Assembly (NCBI GenBank): GCA_963804955.1
Contig: CAWDSQ010000007.1
Span: 448,001-512,000 of the forward strand
Length of the DNA stretch: 64,000 nt
Direction of reading: 5' to 3'
From: an uncultured delta proteobacterium
GTDB lineage: Bacteria > Desulfobacterota > WTBG01 > CAIYCZ01 > CAIRTM01
Part shown: positions 42,963 through 52,754 of the stretch, piece after piece
Layout: each line of letters starts with the position of its first letter
Numbering within the stretch: the first letter of the stretch is position 1
Program-made: the position numbers and the translations under genes
Notes under the pieces: model-generated
Database searches by the model: none
What the model saw: the letters and a program-made list of their open reading frames with translations, nothing else
What the model was told of the DNA's origin: nothing

Positions 42963-43970
42963 CTATCTCTGATACTGGTTGACAGCCCGGTTATGTTCCT
43001 CAAGCGTGCGGGAGAACTGGTGTGTGCCATTATTGCGGGAGACAAAGAAAAGGTAGTCTACAGCAGCAGGCTTGAGAACCGCCCGCAGCGATGCAAGCCC
43101 CGGGTTGCAGATAGGGCCTGCCGGCAGGCCCTTGATCTGGTAGGTGTTGTAGCTGTTGACAGCAAGCAGGTGTTTTTTGCGCAGCCTGCCATTAAAAGAA
43201 GGGTCTTCAAGCAGAACGCCATAGGCCACAGTCGGGTCGCAGTCAAGCCGCATTCCGAGTTTAAGGCGGTTGTAAAAGACACCGGCTATGACCGGCCGCT
43301 CTGCAGGGTCTTTGGCCTCTTTCTCGACAAGCGATGCAAGCACCACAAGCTGGCGGGGGCCAAGCATGCCCGGACCGGCCTCAGCCTGCAGCTCGCGGGC
43401 AAAAATATCCCTAAAACGCACGGCCATGCGCCCCAGCATCTGGCCAAGGGGCATGCTTCGGCAGAATTTGTAGGTATCGGGGAAAAGAAATCCCTCCATC
43501 GTCCCATTGTCTGCAAGACCCATGCTGCGGGCAAACTCTCCGTCAGTGGCTGTGCGCAGCACGTCTGCCGAAGGCTTCAGTCCCGCATGCTCCAGGATGC
43601 GGGCGATGTCAAACAGGTTGCTGCCTTCGGGAATAGTTACCGAAATCAGAGTTACCTCGCCCCGCACAAGCTTGTCGATAATGTCAAGGGGCGTGACCGG
43701 CAGGGTTATGCTGTACTGGCCTGCCTTGATGCTGTATTCGGCTTTTTTGATTTTGGAAAGAAGGACAAACAGCAGCGGGTCTGTGATCACGCCCTGCTGC
43801 TCAAGTATCGCTGCCGACTTTCTGAAGCTTGCGCCCTCGGGTATGGTTACCTCGACGGTTGCCGGCTGATGGGGCCGGTGGGGCGTCACGCAGTACAGGT
43901 AGAATCGCAGGCTTGCAAGCAGAACACCCGAAATAATCATTACACAGATAAACAGAAATGCCCGTTTCAT
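42963..43970 (-). CDS. mltG: Endolytic transglycosylase MltG
   Basis: TIPEG, EGFLFPDTY, ASLVEKE, VFYNRL..GM.L.CDPT, YNTY..GLP.GPI.NPG. Confidence 0.95.
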   Translation of the reverse strand: MKRAFLFICVMIISGVLLASLRFYLYCVTPHRPHQPATVEVTIPEGASFRKSAAILEQQGVITDPLLFVLLSKIKKAEYSIKAGQYSITLPVTPLDIIDKLVRGEVTLISVTIPEGSNLFDIARILEHAGLKPSADVLRTATDGEFARSMGLADNGTMEGFLFPDTYKFCRSMPLGQMLGRMAVRFRDIFARELQAEAGPGMLGPRQLVVLASLVEKEAKDPAERPVIAGVFYNRLKLGMRLDCDPTVAYGVLLEDPSFNGRLRKKHLLAVNSYNTYQIKGLPAGPICNPGLASLRAVLKPAAVDYLFFVSRNNGTHQFSRTLEEHNRAVNQYQR

Positions 43971-43972
43971 TA

Positions 43973-44398
43973 CTATTTCGGCTCCTGCTGTTTCATATGA
44001 TCGAGATAGCCCTGTAAAATGATGGCTGCCGCCACCGTGTCGATTATTTTTCTGCGTTTTTTGCTGCGCATGTCTGCGCCGATCAGCCTGTCCTCTGCCT
44101 CGAACGAGCTCAGCCGCTCATCCCATGTTTCAACGGGCAGGCCGAATTCCGCTTTCAGCTCTTCGGCAAAGCCGAGCACGGCCTGCGCCGCAGGCCCGAT
44201 GCTGCCGTCCATATTGCAGGGCAGCCCGAGCAGAATTTTGTCGACGCCATAGTTTTGTATATGCTTGCGCAGGGCCTCAAAGTCAAGAGCCTTTGTGCTG
44301 CGCCGTATGGTGCCGATGCCGTGGCCCATCATCCCCAGATCATCGCTCACCGCGATGCCGAGGGTTTTGCTGCCGTAGTCTATGCAGAGTATGCTCAT
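43973..44398 (-). CDS. ruvX: YqgF/RuvX family nuclease
   Basis: IDYG.KTLGIAVSD, GLP.NMDG, WDERLSS, D.VAA.IILQ.YL. Confidence 0.95.
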   Translation of the reverse strand: MSILCIDYGSKTLGIAVSDDLGMMGHGIGTIRRSTKALDFEALRKHIQNYGVDKILLGLPCNMDGSIGPAAQAVLGFAEELKAEFGLPVETWDERLSSFEAEDRLIGADMRSKKRRKIIDTVAAAIILQGYLDHMKQQEPK

Positions 44399-44404
44399 AA
44401 AAAA

Positions 44405-44470
44405 TCTGTTGAATTGGTTGAATTGGTTTAATTAGTTGTATTGGTTCAATTGGTTTTGTTGGTTCATTGC
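44405..44470. repeat. 9-mer tandem repeat (AATTGGTTN) containing the left 19-bp direct repeat
   Basis: About seven degenerate units; AATTGGTTTTGTTGGTTCA at 44448-44466 recurs at 47370-47388. Confidence 0.75.
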
Positions 44471-44499
44471 CGGTCCGCCGGAGCGGTTTGTTTTTTTCT

Positions 44500-44636
44500 G
44501 TAGGGGCAGACCTGCGTGTCTTCCCTGAGTACAGCGCCCTACAAGAGAAGAAACGAAATAATTCCCCCTTTAGCAAAGGGGGTTAGGGGGATTTGCTGGC
44601 TGCCCCTGTATCCCCCTTTTTCAAAGAGGGATAAAA
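44500..44636. repeat. GTAG REP plus CCCCCTTT..AAAGGGGG palindromes
   Basis: GTAGGGGCAGACCTGCGTGTC (inverse of 29383-29409); TCCCCCTTTAGCAAAGGGGG, with a relative at about 26789. Confidence 0.7.
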
Positions 44637-44663
44637 CAGGTTTGTTAATCTTTTCCAAGATTT

Positions 44664-44957
44664 TCATCTGTGCGCAGCAACCCATTCTTTGAGCGCATTG
44701 TCCATGCGCGACTGCCAGCCGCGGCCTGTAGAGCGAAAATGTTCGAGCACGTCGCGGCTGTACCGCACGGTAACAGGCTCTTTGCGCGGCGCCTTTTGCG
44801 GCCCTCGTTGCCCTGGCTTACGTGCAAGCAGTTCTGCTGCAAGTTTAGGACCTAAAATTTCAGGCAGCGCTTCGGCTGCTGGCCTGAAATGCCGCATGTC
44901 TTCTCGTGTTAATTCCCTGACTTCGCCATGCTTATCGGTTAATGGTTTCTTTTTCAT
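44664..44957 (-). CDS. brnA: BrnA antitoxin
   Basis: GEVRELT, RGPQKAP.K..VTVRYS.DVLE.FR.TG.GWQSRM..AL. Confidence 0.9.
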   Translation of the reverse strand: MKKKPLTDKHGEVRELTREDMRHFRPAAEALPEILGPKLAAELLARKPGQRGPQKAPRKEPVTVRYSRDVLEHFRSTGRGWQSRMDNALKEWVAAHR

Positions 44958-45210
44958 AATAACGCACCTCTCTTTTATTGGCTTTACGAAAACTGATAAT
45001 GCGAACGCCGCCGTCTATGGGCGTGAAACAGATGACGTGCAGGCGTTGTTCAAGAAAACCAAGCGCAACGATTCTGGTTTCACCGTAATCGCTCCTGCTG
45101 TCCTCGTAAAAAACTGCCATTTCCCATTCAAACGTCTCCGCAAGCTCAAACGGCAAGCCGCGACTGCTTGCGTTCTTTTTGCTCTTCGCCGGACCAAATT
45201 CAATTTTCAT
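44932..45210 (-). CDS. brnT: BrnT toxin
   Basis: K..KN...RGL.FE.A..F.W, DYGETR..ALG, RIISFRKANKRE. Confidence 0.9.
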   Translation of the reverse strand: MKIEFGPAKSKKNASSRGLPFELAETFEWEMAVFYEDSRSDYGETRIVALGFLEQRLHVICFTPIDGGVRIISFRKANKREVRYYEKETINR

Positions 45211-45216
45211 TATTTT

Positions 45217-45245
45217 ATTGTAGTAACAAAAAAATATGCTGTCAA
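45217..45245 (-). promoter_or_regulatory. sigma70 promoter, likely leaderless brnT mRNA
   Basis: TTGACA-17bp-TACAAT ending 6 nt before the ATG; no RBS. Confidence 0.7.
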
Positions 45246-45323
45246 GGCTTTAAAGCAAGATGTGCGATGGGGTGTTGGTCTTGATGGTGCGCGATGCGCT
45301 ACAGGATACCGGACTGTCAAATT

Positions 45324-46522
45324 TCAGGCGCTCATATACCAGGGCCTCACGATGCATCCTTCACGCTCGTAGAGCTCCGGTCCGCCATGAATAAGCACGC
45401 CGTGTTTGGATCCGACGGTGATCCCAATCCCATAAAATACTTAATCCCGTCCAGTGACGACCCGGATATGGTCTGCCCTGATTTTACTTCTACAGGAATG
45501 AGCTCGCTGCCGGCATCGATCAGCACATCCACCTCGTGGCCGGTCCGGTCGCGCCAGAAATAGAGGGGCGGCACTTCGCCGCGATTGGCAAATGCTTTAT
45601 AAAGCTCCGCGACAACAAAGGTCTCGAAGATCGCGCCGCGCATGGCATGCGCTACAAGATCGCCGGGCGTCCGTACCCGCAGAAGATAACAGAGAAGACC
45701 CGTATCTATAAAATAAAGTTTCGGGCTCTTGATGAGACGTTTTGAAAAATTTACATGATGCGGCTGCAGCAGGTGTACAATGAATCCCGCCTGCAGAATC
45801 GAGAGCCATTGCCGGGCGGTTGTGTGGGAAATGCCGCAGTCTGCGCCAAGCGAAGAAAGATTCAGAATCTGCCCTGTTCTTCCAGCGCAGAGCCGCACAA
45901 ATCGCTGAAAGGCTTCGAGGTTGCCGATGCTTGCGGCATTGCGCACGTCGCGCTCCACATAGGTGCGGTAGTAAGCCGACAGCCAGTCCTGCGCATCAAG
46001 CTTTTTATCATGAATGCGGGGATAGAGGCCCGTATGAAGAATCGTTTCAAGGCTAAAGCGCGGCGATGCGGTTTTTGCCGGCAGACTGTGGAGCCGCCAT
46101 GGGTCGGGCGCCGCCCGGCCCATGAGCTCATCGAGGCTGAAGGGCAGCAGATTCAGTATAGCCGTTCGGCCCGCAAGGGTCTGGCTGATCTTGCTCATCA
46201 GGTGGAGCTGCTGGGATCCGGTCAGAATAAAATGGCCCGGTTTATCCTCGCGGTCTACAATACCCTGAATATAGGAAAGAAGCGCTGGGGCGCGCTGAAC
46301 TTCGTCAAGAATAACACCGGTAGAAAACTGCTGAAGAAATCCTTTGGGGTCGGCAAGGGCAAATTCCCGCGTGTTCGGGTCTTCCAGGCTTGCGTAGGCG
46401 TGTTTCTGAAAAACCATCCTGCACAGAGTCGTTTTCCCTGCCTGGCGCGGGCCGGTGATGGACACAACCGGAAACTGCCGGGCAAGCTGAGCGGCTTTTT
46501 TTGATACTGCTCTTGGTATCAT
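45324..46522 (-). CDS. AAA_14 ATPase with DUF4143 domain (late frameshift)
   Basis: ITGPRQAGKTT, ILDEVQR, FILTGS, LAGR, Y..TYVERD, K.PKLYF.DTGL, YFWRD..EVD, PVEVKS. Confidence 0.9.
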
Positions 46523-46529
46523 GATTGTA

Positions 46530-46558
46530 ATTGTAGGTTAAAAACCAGTGCATGTCAA
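46530..46558 (-). promoter_or_regulatory. sigma70 promoter, likely leaderless ATPase mRNA
   Basis: TTGACA-17bp-TACAAT ending 7 nt before the ATG. Confidence 0.7.
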
Positions 46559-46637
46559 ATTGAAAGTGGTACTTGCAATCAGCCAGGGGATGAATCGACA
46601 GCTTGCAGGGTGGGCTGTGCCCGCCACAAGTTACGAA

Positions 46638-46934
46638 CTATTTTTCGCGCATGAGGAGCTTGTACGTCTCTTCATAAATTGTTTTGCGGGGACCGACGGC
46701 AACCAGTTCGATTATCGTTTTGGATGCTATGCGATAGACGATTCTGAATTTGCCCACCCTGAAGCTGCACAGGCCCGCAAGCTCCTGCCTGAGCTGCTTG
46801 CCTTGTTCCGGGTTATGCATAATGATTTCAATGCCCGCACGAATTTTCTTTTTTATATCAGGATGCAGGCTCCGGATGAGCGCGGCGGTTTGCTCAGTAA
46901 GCTTGAGGCGATATGCCGAAGGGGAAGCTGTCAT
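46638..46934 (-). CDS. RelE/ParE-family toxin
   Basis: P..GK.L..EL.GL.SFRVG.FRIVY, VGPRK.IY. Confidence 0.85.
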   Translation of the reverse strand: MTASPSAYRLKLTEQTAALIRSLHPDIKKKIRAGIEIIMHNPEQGKQLRQELAGLCSFRVGKFRIVYRIASKTIIELVAVGPRKTIYEETYKLLMREK

Positions 46935-47194
46935 GGCCGGTCGAACAGCTCCGCAAGCGTATAGAGCTTTTTAGTTTTCTTCAGCCCGGCAAGGCCGGTG
47001 CGGATTTCATCCATAAAACCGGCATCTGCTGTAATGCTGAGTGTTTCGCGCCAGCTTTCAAACTCTTCAGGGCTTATCAGCACAGCCGCAGGAGAGCCGT
47101 TTTTAGTAATCACCACTTCTTCCTCGGTTTCATGAACCGACTGCACGAGTTCACTTAGTTTCATTTTGGCTTCTGATAATGAAAGTGTTCGCAT
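46931..47194 (-). CDS. Phd/YefM antitoxin
   Basis: LSEAK.KLSELV..V, VVITKNG.PAAVLIS..EFESW.ET. Confidence 0.9.
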   Translation of the reverse strand: MRTLSLSEAKMKLSELVQSVHETEEEVVITKNGSPAAVLISPEEFESWRETLSITADAGFMDEIRTGLAGLKKTKKLYTLAELFDRP

Positions 47195-47211
47195 AATGAC
47201 CTCTATTATGG

Positions 47212-47260
47212 TTGACCTTAATTCTAGTCAAATTATAGCTTTTTGCAGCCCGGAAGTCAA
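47212..47260 (-). promoter_or_regulatory. Promoter and palindromic operator of the Phd-RelE pair
   Basis: TTGACT-17bp-TATAAT (47260-47232); inverted repeat TTGAC-N10-GTCAA at 47212-47231. Confidence 0.75.
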
Positions 47261-47362
47261 CCGTGGCAGTCCGCACTTGGCGGTCCGCAGCCGGTGCGCA
47301 CAGCACAACCCTATCCGCAGTTTCTGGGAGCTGTAGGCCGGACAAAGATCTGATTTTCAACA

Positions 47363-47460
47363 TTTGTTTAATTGGTTTTGTTGGTTCACTGCGCTTAATC
47401 CGCTGCAAGACACAACGAAATGGCAGGACAACAAATCAAACCAATAAAACAAATAATAAA
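47363..47460. repeat. 9-mer repeat blocks containing the right 19-bp direct repeat
   Basis: AATTGGTTTTGTTGGTTCA at 47370-47388; inverted ACAAATCAA/ACCAATAAA block at 47431-47460. Confidence 0.7.
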
Positions 47461-47494
47461 AAAGAGCTCTGCAGTTTTCGCAGAGCTCTTTTTT
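47458..47494. terminator. Terminator after the nitrilase gene
   Basis: AAAAAAGAGCTCTGC-loop-GCAGAGCTCTTTTTT. Confidence 0.8.
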
Positions 47495-47512
47495 ATTATG
47501 CAAACTGTTTTT

Positions 47513-48427
47513 TTACCACTCTTCATCAGGGCTGTAGCCCAGAAGCTCGTCATACCAGTCAAGGCGGCGATCGGTATGAGGATTGTTGAATGCCGACCAG
47601 TGACGGAAGCGCGCGCCCACGACATTGATCTCTGCCATAACGACTTCTGGCTTATCGGGATCGGCAGGGCCGGCTACAAAGCCGCCGCCCGGATCGGTGA
47701 TGCAGCTGTTGCCGATATAGGTGCAGCCGCGCTCGGCGCCCACGCGGTCGGCGCAGATGCTGTACACGGAGTTCATGAGCGACATTTGTGCTGCCGATGT
47801 TGCAGCGGTCGGCTTCTCTTTGGTCTGGAGCGGATCAACAACGACCCAGTTGGTGGAGTCGCAGATGATGTCGGCGCCCTGTGCGGCCAGAATGCGCGTT
47901 GTTTCGGGGAACCAGACATCATAGCATATGCGGCAGCCGATTTTGCCGAAGGGCAGGTCGAATACCGGGAAGCCGAGATTGCCGGGCTCGAACCACAGCT
48001 TCTCTTCGTTCCAGAGATGCATCTTGCGGTAGGTGCCGATATAGCCGTCGGGGCCGACGACAACGACGCTGTTGTACAGAACATTGCCCTCGCGCTCATT
48101 GATGCCGGCGCAGATATAGGCATTGTATTCCTTGGCCTTTTTAATCCACTCTTCCGTGCAGGGGCCTTCGGGCACTTCTTCAGAAAGCGCGAAGGCTTCC
48201 TCGCGGGAATTAAAGATATAGCCGGTATTGCACAGCTCGGGCAGAACCATGAGCTTTGCGCCCATTTTGCCCGCCTTGTCGATGATCTTCAGGGTTTCGG
48301 CCATATTGTAATCTTTATCGCCGATATGGGGCTCCATCTGCAGGGCGGCAACTTTTACCAGGCTTTCCTTGCCCGGATCGCGTTCGCCGGGATACGGTGG
48401 AACGGGCATCTGCTGATACTTTGACAT
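47513..48427 (-). CDS. Nitrilase-superfamily C-N hydrolase
   Basis: Triad motifs LPELC (E), YRKMHL (K), ICYD.WFPE (C); AAGGAG RBS. Confidence 0.9.
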   Translation of the reverse strand: MSKYQQMPVPPYPGERDPGKESLVKVAALQMEPHIGDKDYNMAETLKIIDKAGKMGAKLMVLPELCNTGYIFNSREEAFALSEEVPEGPCTEEWIKKAKEYNAYICAGINEREGNVLYNSVVVVGPDGYIGTYRKMHLWNEEKLWFEPGNLGFPVFDLPFGKIGCRICYDVWFPETTRILAAQGADIICDSTNWVVVDPLQTKEKPTAATSAAQMSLMNSVYSICADRVGAERGCTYIGNSCITDPGGGFVAGPADPDKPEVVMAEINVVGARFRHWSAFNNPHTDRRLDWYDELLGYSPDEEW

Positions 48428-48484
48428 GGTGATTCTCCTTTTTAAGTTAATCGTTTGCCTGCACAAGTCCGCAGGGCATATGCT

Positions 48485-50063
48485 CTAATGCGTTGTGATT
48501 TCACGCTTAAGAATATCTTTAGCCACTGAACCTGCTCCGTCGCGGGGCAGGCTGCCGCGAAATTTGATAAAGCTTGGAATTTTAAATTTTGCCAGGCGCT
48601 GGGAGCACCAGGTAATAATTTCCTCCTCGGTGCAGGTCACGCCATCCTTCACAACGATGAAAGCGGTCATGGCTTCATCGCGGATGGGATCAGGGGCTGC
48701 AATTACCACCACCTCCTTGACCTTGTAATGGCTGGCAATAACCTGTTCAACCTCAGGGGCTGCGATGTTTTCGCCGGCCCGCTTGATAACGTTTTTGATC
48801 CTGTCGAGAAAATGAAAATAGCCTTCCTCGTCCATATAGCCCCGGTCGCCCGTAAACACCCAGCCGTCGCGGATAATATTGGCCGTGGCAGCAGGCTCCT
48901 TATAATAGCCCTTCATGATGGTGCGGCCCGGAACCCCTTTCACGACCATCTCGCCCGGCGTATTGACCGGGGCCTCTATGCCGCTTTCATCAACGATCTT
49001 CACCTCATTGCCAAGGCGCGGCAGCCCGACGCAGTTGCGCTTAAACTTGCCGTCTATCGGGTTGATGGTGGTGGCGCCCAGGGTTTCGGTCAGGCCCCAG
49101 AGGTCGCACAGACGCACATTAAACCGGGTTTCAAACATCTGCCACTCCTCATCGGAGACGGGGATGGCGAATTTGATGAGGCGTAAATTATTTTTTCCGT
49201 CAAGCTCATGGGCCGGCTGATTGAGAACCATGCGCACGGTGGCGCCGACAAGGCTTGCCGTAGTAATGGCGTAGCGGCGCACCTGTTCCATGTAGCGGCT
49301 GGCGCTGAACTGCTCGGTCATAACGAGTGTGGCGCCGGAGGTAATCGTCGGCAGGGCAGAAATAAACAGGCCGTTCACATGAAACAGGGGCAGAACCATG
49401 AAATCGCGGTCTTCCGGGGTCATCTTGAAGACCTGCGCGCCGAAGATGCCGGCAAACACGGCATTGGCATGGGTGAGCACGACAGCACTGTACTGGGCAT
49501 TGGTGCTTGAGGAATAAATAATAAGCAGATCATCCTCCGGCGACAGCGGCCACCTCGGGGGGGTAGGCAGATACATCTCCCATCATTTCGTCAAGCAGCA
49601 CCACGTCGGGAAAAAGCTCGCTGTTGGGGTAGCTTGTCGAGGTTCGCGCCAGAAACAGCTCCCGCAGGTTCTGGCAGGTGGGCAGCACTTCGCGTATGAG
49701 GCCCAGATAGTCGGGCTGGGTCACCACGGCCACGGCATCGGAGTAGTTTATGAAATGCTGCATTTCCGGGGGTGTTGAAAGCACATTGGTCGGCACCATG
49801 ACAGCGCCTATTTTGGCAAGACCGAACCAGGCAAACAGATACTCGGGGCAGTTGCGCAGATGAACCACGACCTTGTCGCCCTTTTTGATGCCCTTGCCGG
49901 AAAAAAGATTTGCATAGCGGTTGGCCCGGTCATTGAACTGGGCAAAGCTGTAGCTGCATATTTTGCCCTCGGCGTCTTCATAGACGATGGCCTCCCTGCT
50001 CCCCAGAGCATAAGCCTTGTACTCAAGCGTTTTGCCTAAATTTCCGTATCCTATGATGTCCAC
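48485..50063 (-). CDS. CaiC-like acyl-CoA ligase homolog with degenerate catalytic motifs (frameshift near 49570)
   Basis: VDIIG start, GI.KGDKV, WFGLAKIGAV, LPLFHVN, FSAS, GLTE, TGD.G, IKRAGENI; P-loop reads YSSSTNAQYSAV. Confidence 0.8.
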
Positions 50064-50154
50064 CACTGCCTCAAGCAAAAGGCCGCGCTTCACGATATGC
50101 GCGGCAGGTTTATACTATCATTTTATTCTATAGAAGAACCATACGGCGGTCAAG

Positions 50155-50700
50155 CTATTTGGTGTGCAGAAAGCTCCAGTCAGCAGGAGGGATGCATCCC
50201 ATATTCTCGGCAAGCATTTTTCGGAGTCCATCGGGGAAATACGGCGCAACGCGGACAATAAGGGGCGTGGTATAGGGAGCAAGCCGCGAATCCTTGAGCA
50301 CCTCCTGCCCGAGGGGCGCCAGCAGCAGCCCGACGACCACTGCACAGGCAAGCACGTAGGCTTTGGCGCCGCCGATAAGCAGCCCAACCGCATGGTCAAG
50401 AAAACCGAGCCAGATAAGCTTTAAAAATTTTTCTATAAGCCAGCCGGCAAGGTTTACCGCAATCCATACTGCCAGAAAAATGCACAGGCAGGCCATGGCA
50501 AGCTGCCCCCACTTTGCGGCAATATAGGGCTGAATATAGGCAAGCACAAGAGGGTAGTAGCACAAAGCGGCAACGCTGGCCAGCAGCAGCGCTGCCAGTG
50601 AAAAAACTTCATGCACAGCACCTTTAATGATGCCCTTGATGACAAAAAAGCCTGCTGCGGCAATAAGAATCCAGTCAAAAGGATTCATGGGCATGGGCAC
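50155..50700 (-). CDS. cvpA: CvpA-family membrane protein
   Basis: MNPFDWI..G..KG.VHE.FSL; LD..VG..IG..K; DS.L.P. Confidence 0.85.
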   Translation of the reverse strand: MPMPMNPFDWILIAAAGFFVIKGIIKGAVHEVFSLAALLLASVAALCYYPLVLAYIQPYIAAKWGQLAMACLCIFLAVWIAVNLAGWLIEKFLKLIWLGFLDHAVGLLIGGAKAYVLACAVVVGLLLAPLGQEVLKDSRLAPYTTPLIVRVAPYFPDGLRKMLAENMGCIPPADWSFLHTK

Positions 50701-50714
50701 TGCTTTCTCTCAGG

Positions 50715-51026
50715 TCAGTGAAAGATACGCTCAAAATTTTTAGTCGTACGGTAGGTGCGGGCTCCGCGGCTGAACGGGTCGCGGGCAAAACGCCTGCGGC
50801 ACCGGCTGCACAGCACAAATGAAAGCTCCTGATAAACCTCATCCTCCAGCTCCTGCTCATCCAGGGCATCGGCTGCATCCAGCATTTCCTGGGCCTCCAT
50901 CTCGGGGTCGTCGGTTTCGCAAAGGATAACGCCGTCAAAATCGGAAATAATCTGTATCTGAACGGAATATTTGAGGCTGCCCTCGGGCAGGTATTCGCCG
51001 CACTTGTCGCAGAAATGGTCTGACAT
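50715..51026 (-). CDS. Hypothetical protein with two CxxC pairs
   Basis: MSDHFCDKCG..Y.V.I.I.SD.DG..LC..CR..F..DP. Confidence 0.7.
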   Translation of the reverse strand: MSDHFCDKCGEYLPEGSLKYSVQIQIISDFDGVILCETDDPEMEAQEMLDAADALDEQELEDEVYQELSFVLCSRCRRRFARDPFSRGARTYRTTKNFERIFH

Positions 51027-51042
51027 GATAGTTGTTCCCGTA

Positions 51043-51468
51043 TTAAAGATTGTAGATTTCCCTGCCGAAAGTATGCACCCAGTTGCGTTTGAGGACTTTC
51101 TCGGCATCTTTTATCTTATCAACGCCCAGAATCACGATAGCCTGGTCGCTGGCGCGGCCAAGAAACGGATACAGATAGTGCACATTGATTTTTGCCTCTT
51201 TCAGGGGCTTCACAACGGCAGTGAGCCCGCCGGGATGGTCGGGCGTCTCCACGGCCAGTACTTCGTTTTCATAGACCTGAAACTTATGGCCGTTTAAAAT
51301 ATTTAAAGCCTTTGCGGGCTCATCAACCACAATGCGCACCGTGCTCACCTCGGACGTGTCGGCAACCGATATCGCCCGGATATTGACGCCCTCCTTGCCG
51401 AGCAGCTCGCTCAAATCGGCCAGCTGACCCGGCACGTTTTTCAGCACCACGGAAATCTGCTTCAGCAT
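51043..51468 (-). CDS. ACT-domain protein
   Basis: MLKQISV.L.N.PG.L, NIRAISVADT, D.PGGL, INV.YLY. Confidence 0.9.
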   Translation of the reverse strand: MLKQISVVLKNVPGQLADLSELLGKEGVNIRAISVADTSEVSTVRIVVDEPAKALNILNGHKFQVYENEVLAVETPDHPGGLTAVVKPLKEAKINVHYLYPFLGRASDQAIVILGVDKIKDAEKVLKRNWVHTFGREIYNL

Positions 51469-52016
51469 TTTTTCTGCTCCTTTTTCACAAAATCATAGCC
51501 CGCCTGAAACGCATCCCTGTTGGCTTTGAGCAGATGTGCCTTGCCCCCGCCCAGAATGTCGGGCAGGTTCTTCATCATGCGGTCAAACGAAAGCAAATTG
51601 CTTACGCCGACGAATGCGCCCATCATAACCATATTGGTGACCTTCACGTTACCGAGCTTCGTGGCGATGTCGGTTGTCGGCACGCCCAGAACCTCGATGT
51701 CGCCGCGGGCATCGGCAGCAGTCACCAGCGTTGTATTGTACAGCATGAAGCCGCCCGAGGGCAACAGGTTCTGGAACCGGAAAAACGAGGGCTGATTGAG
51801 CGCCACCACGAACTCGGGCTCCGAAGCGATGGGGGAGGCAATTTCTTCGTCGGAGATGGTCACGGTGCAGTTTGCCGTACCGCCGCGCACCTCTGCGCCG
51901 TATGACGGCAGAAAGGTCACGAAACGGTCCTCAAGCATGGCGGCCTTTGCCAGCATCTGGCCCATGGAGATCACGCCCTGGCCGCCGAATCCTGAAAAAA
52001 TTGTCTTGATCAGCAT
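51462..52016 (-). CDS. 2-oxoacid:ferredoxin oxidoreductase gamma subunit
   Basis: SGFGGQGV, PSYGAEVRGGTA, NMVMMGA; GAGGTG RBS. Confidence 0.9.
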   Translation of the reverse strand: MLIKTIFSGFGGQGVISMGQMLAKAAMLEDRFVTFLPSYGAEVRGGTANCTVTISDEEIASPIASEPEFVVALNQPSFFRFQNLLPSGGFMLYNTTLVTAADARGDIEVLGVPTTDIATKLGNVKVTNMVMMGAFVGVSNLLSFDRMMKNLPDILGGGKAHLLKANRDAFQAGYDFVKKEQKKC

Positions 52017-52754
52017 TGCACCTCTTTTATTACCCCCAGCGGAAATTCCTTTGCCATAACCTCGTCGATCCATGCGCAGGACGCCATGGCATCCATTTTC
52101 CAGTTGGTCGGGCAGGGCGACAGAATTTCGACAAGTGAGAATCCGCATCTTCTTTATCTGGTATTCAAAAGCCTTTTTAATGGCAGCTTTGGTCTTGCGG
52201 ACTCCCGCAGGGGAGCTTACCGACACGCGCTCAAGGTAGCTCGGGCCGCCAAGCTGCGCCATGAGCTCGCAGACCCTGATGGGCTGGCCCTTCGGTTTTG
52301 CCATCGTGCGGCCAAGGGGCGAGGTGGTTGTTTTCTGGCCGATAAGAGAGGTCGGGGCCATCTGACCGCCGGTCATGCCGTAGACGGCATTATTGACAAA
52401 AATGACGGTAATATTTTCCCCGCGGTTTGCCGTATGCAGGGCCTCGGCAGTGCCGATGGCCGCCAGATCGCCGTCGCCCTGATAGGAGAACACGAGATTA
52501 TCGGGCCGCACGCGCTTAACGCCGGTTGCCACGGCCGTAGCCCTGCCATGGGGCGCCTCGACCATATCGATATCTAGATAATTATAGGCAAGCACGGCGC
52601 ATCCTGCGGGAGGCACGCATATGGCCTTGTCCTGCAGGTTCATTTCATCAAGCAGCTCGGCTATAAGCCGGTGAATAATGCTGTGGCCGCAGCCCGGGCA
52701 ATAGTGCATGGACACTTTACGCAGAGATTTTGGCCGTGTGTATACTTTTTTCAT
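52010..52754 (-). CDS. 2-oxoacid:ferredoxin oxidoreductase beta (TPP) subunit (frameshift near 52150)
   Basis: HYCPGCGH, HGRA, YQGDGDL..IG, NNAVYGMTGGQ.APT; EILSPCPTNW in the shifted frame. Confidence 0.9.

Noticed and set aside
44405..44470. CRISPR array
   Set aside because: 9-bp degenerate tandem units with no unique spacers; no cas genes in the window.
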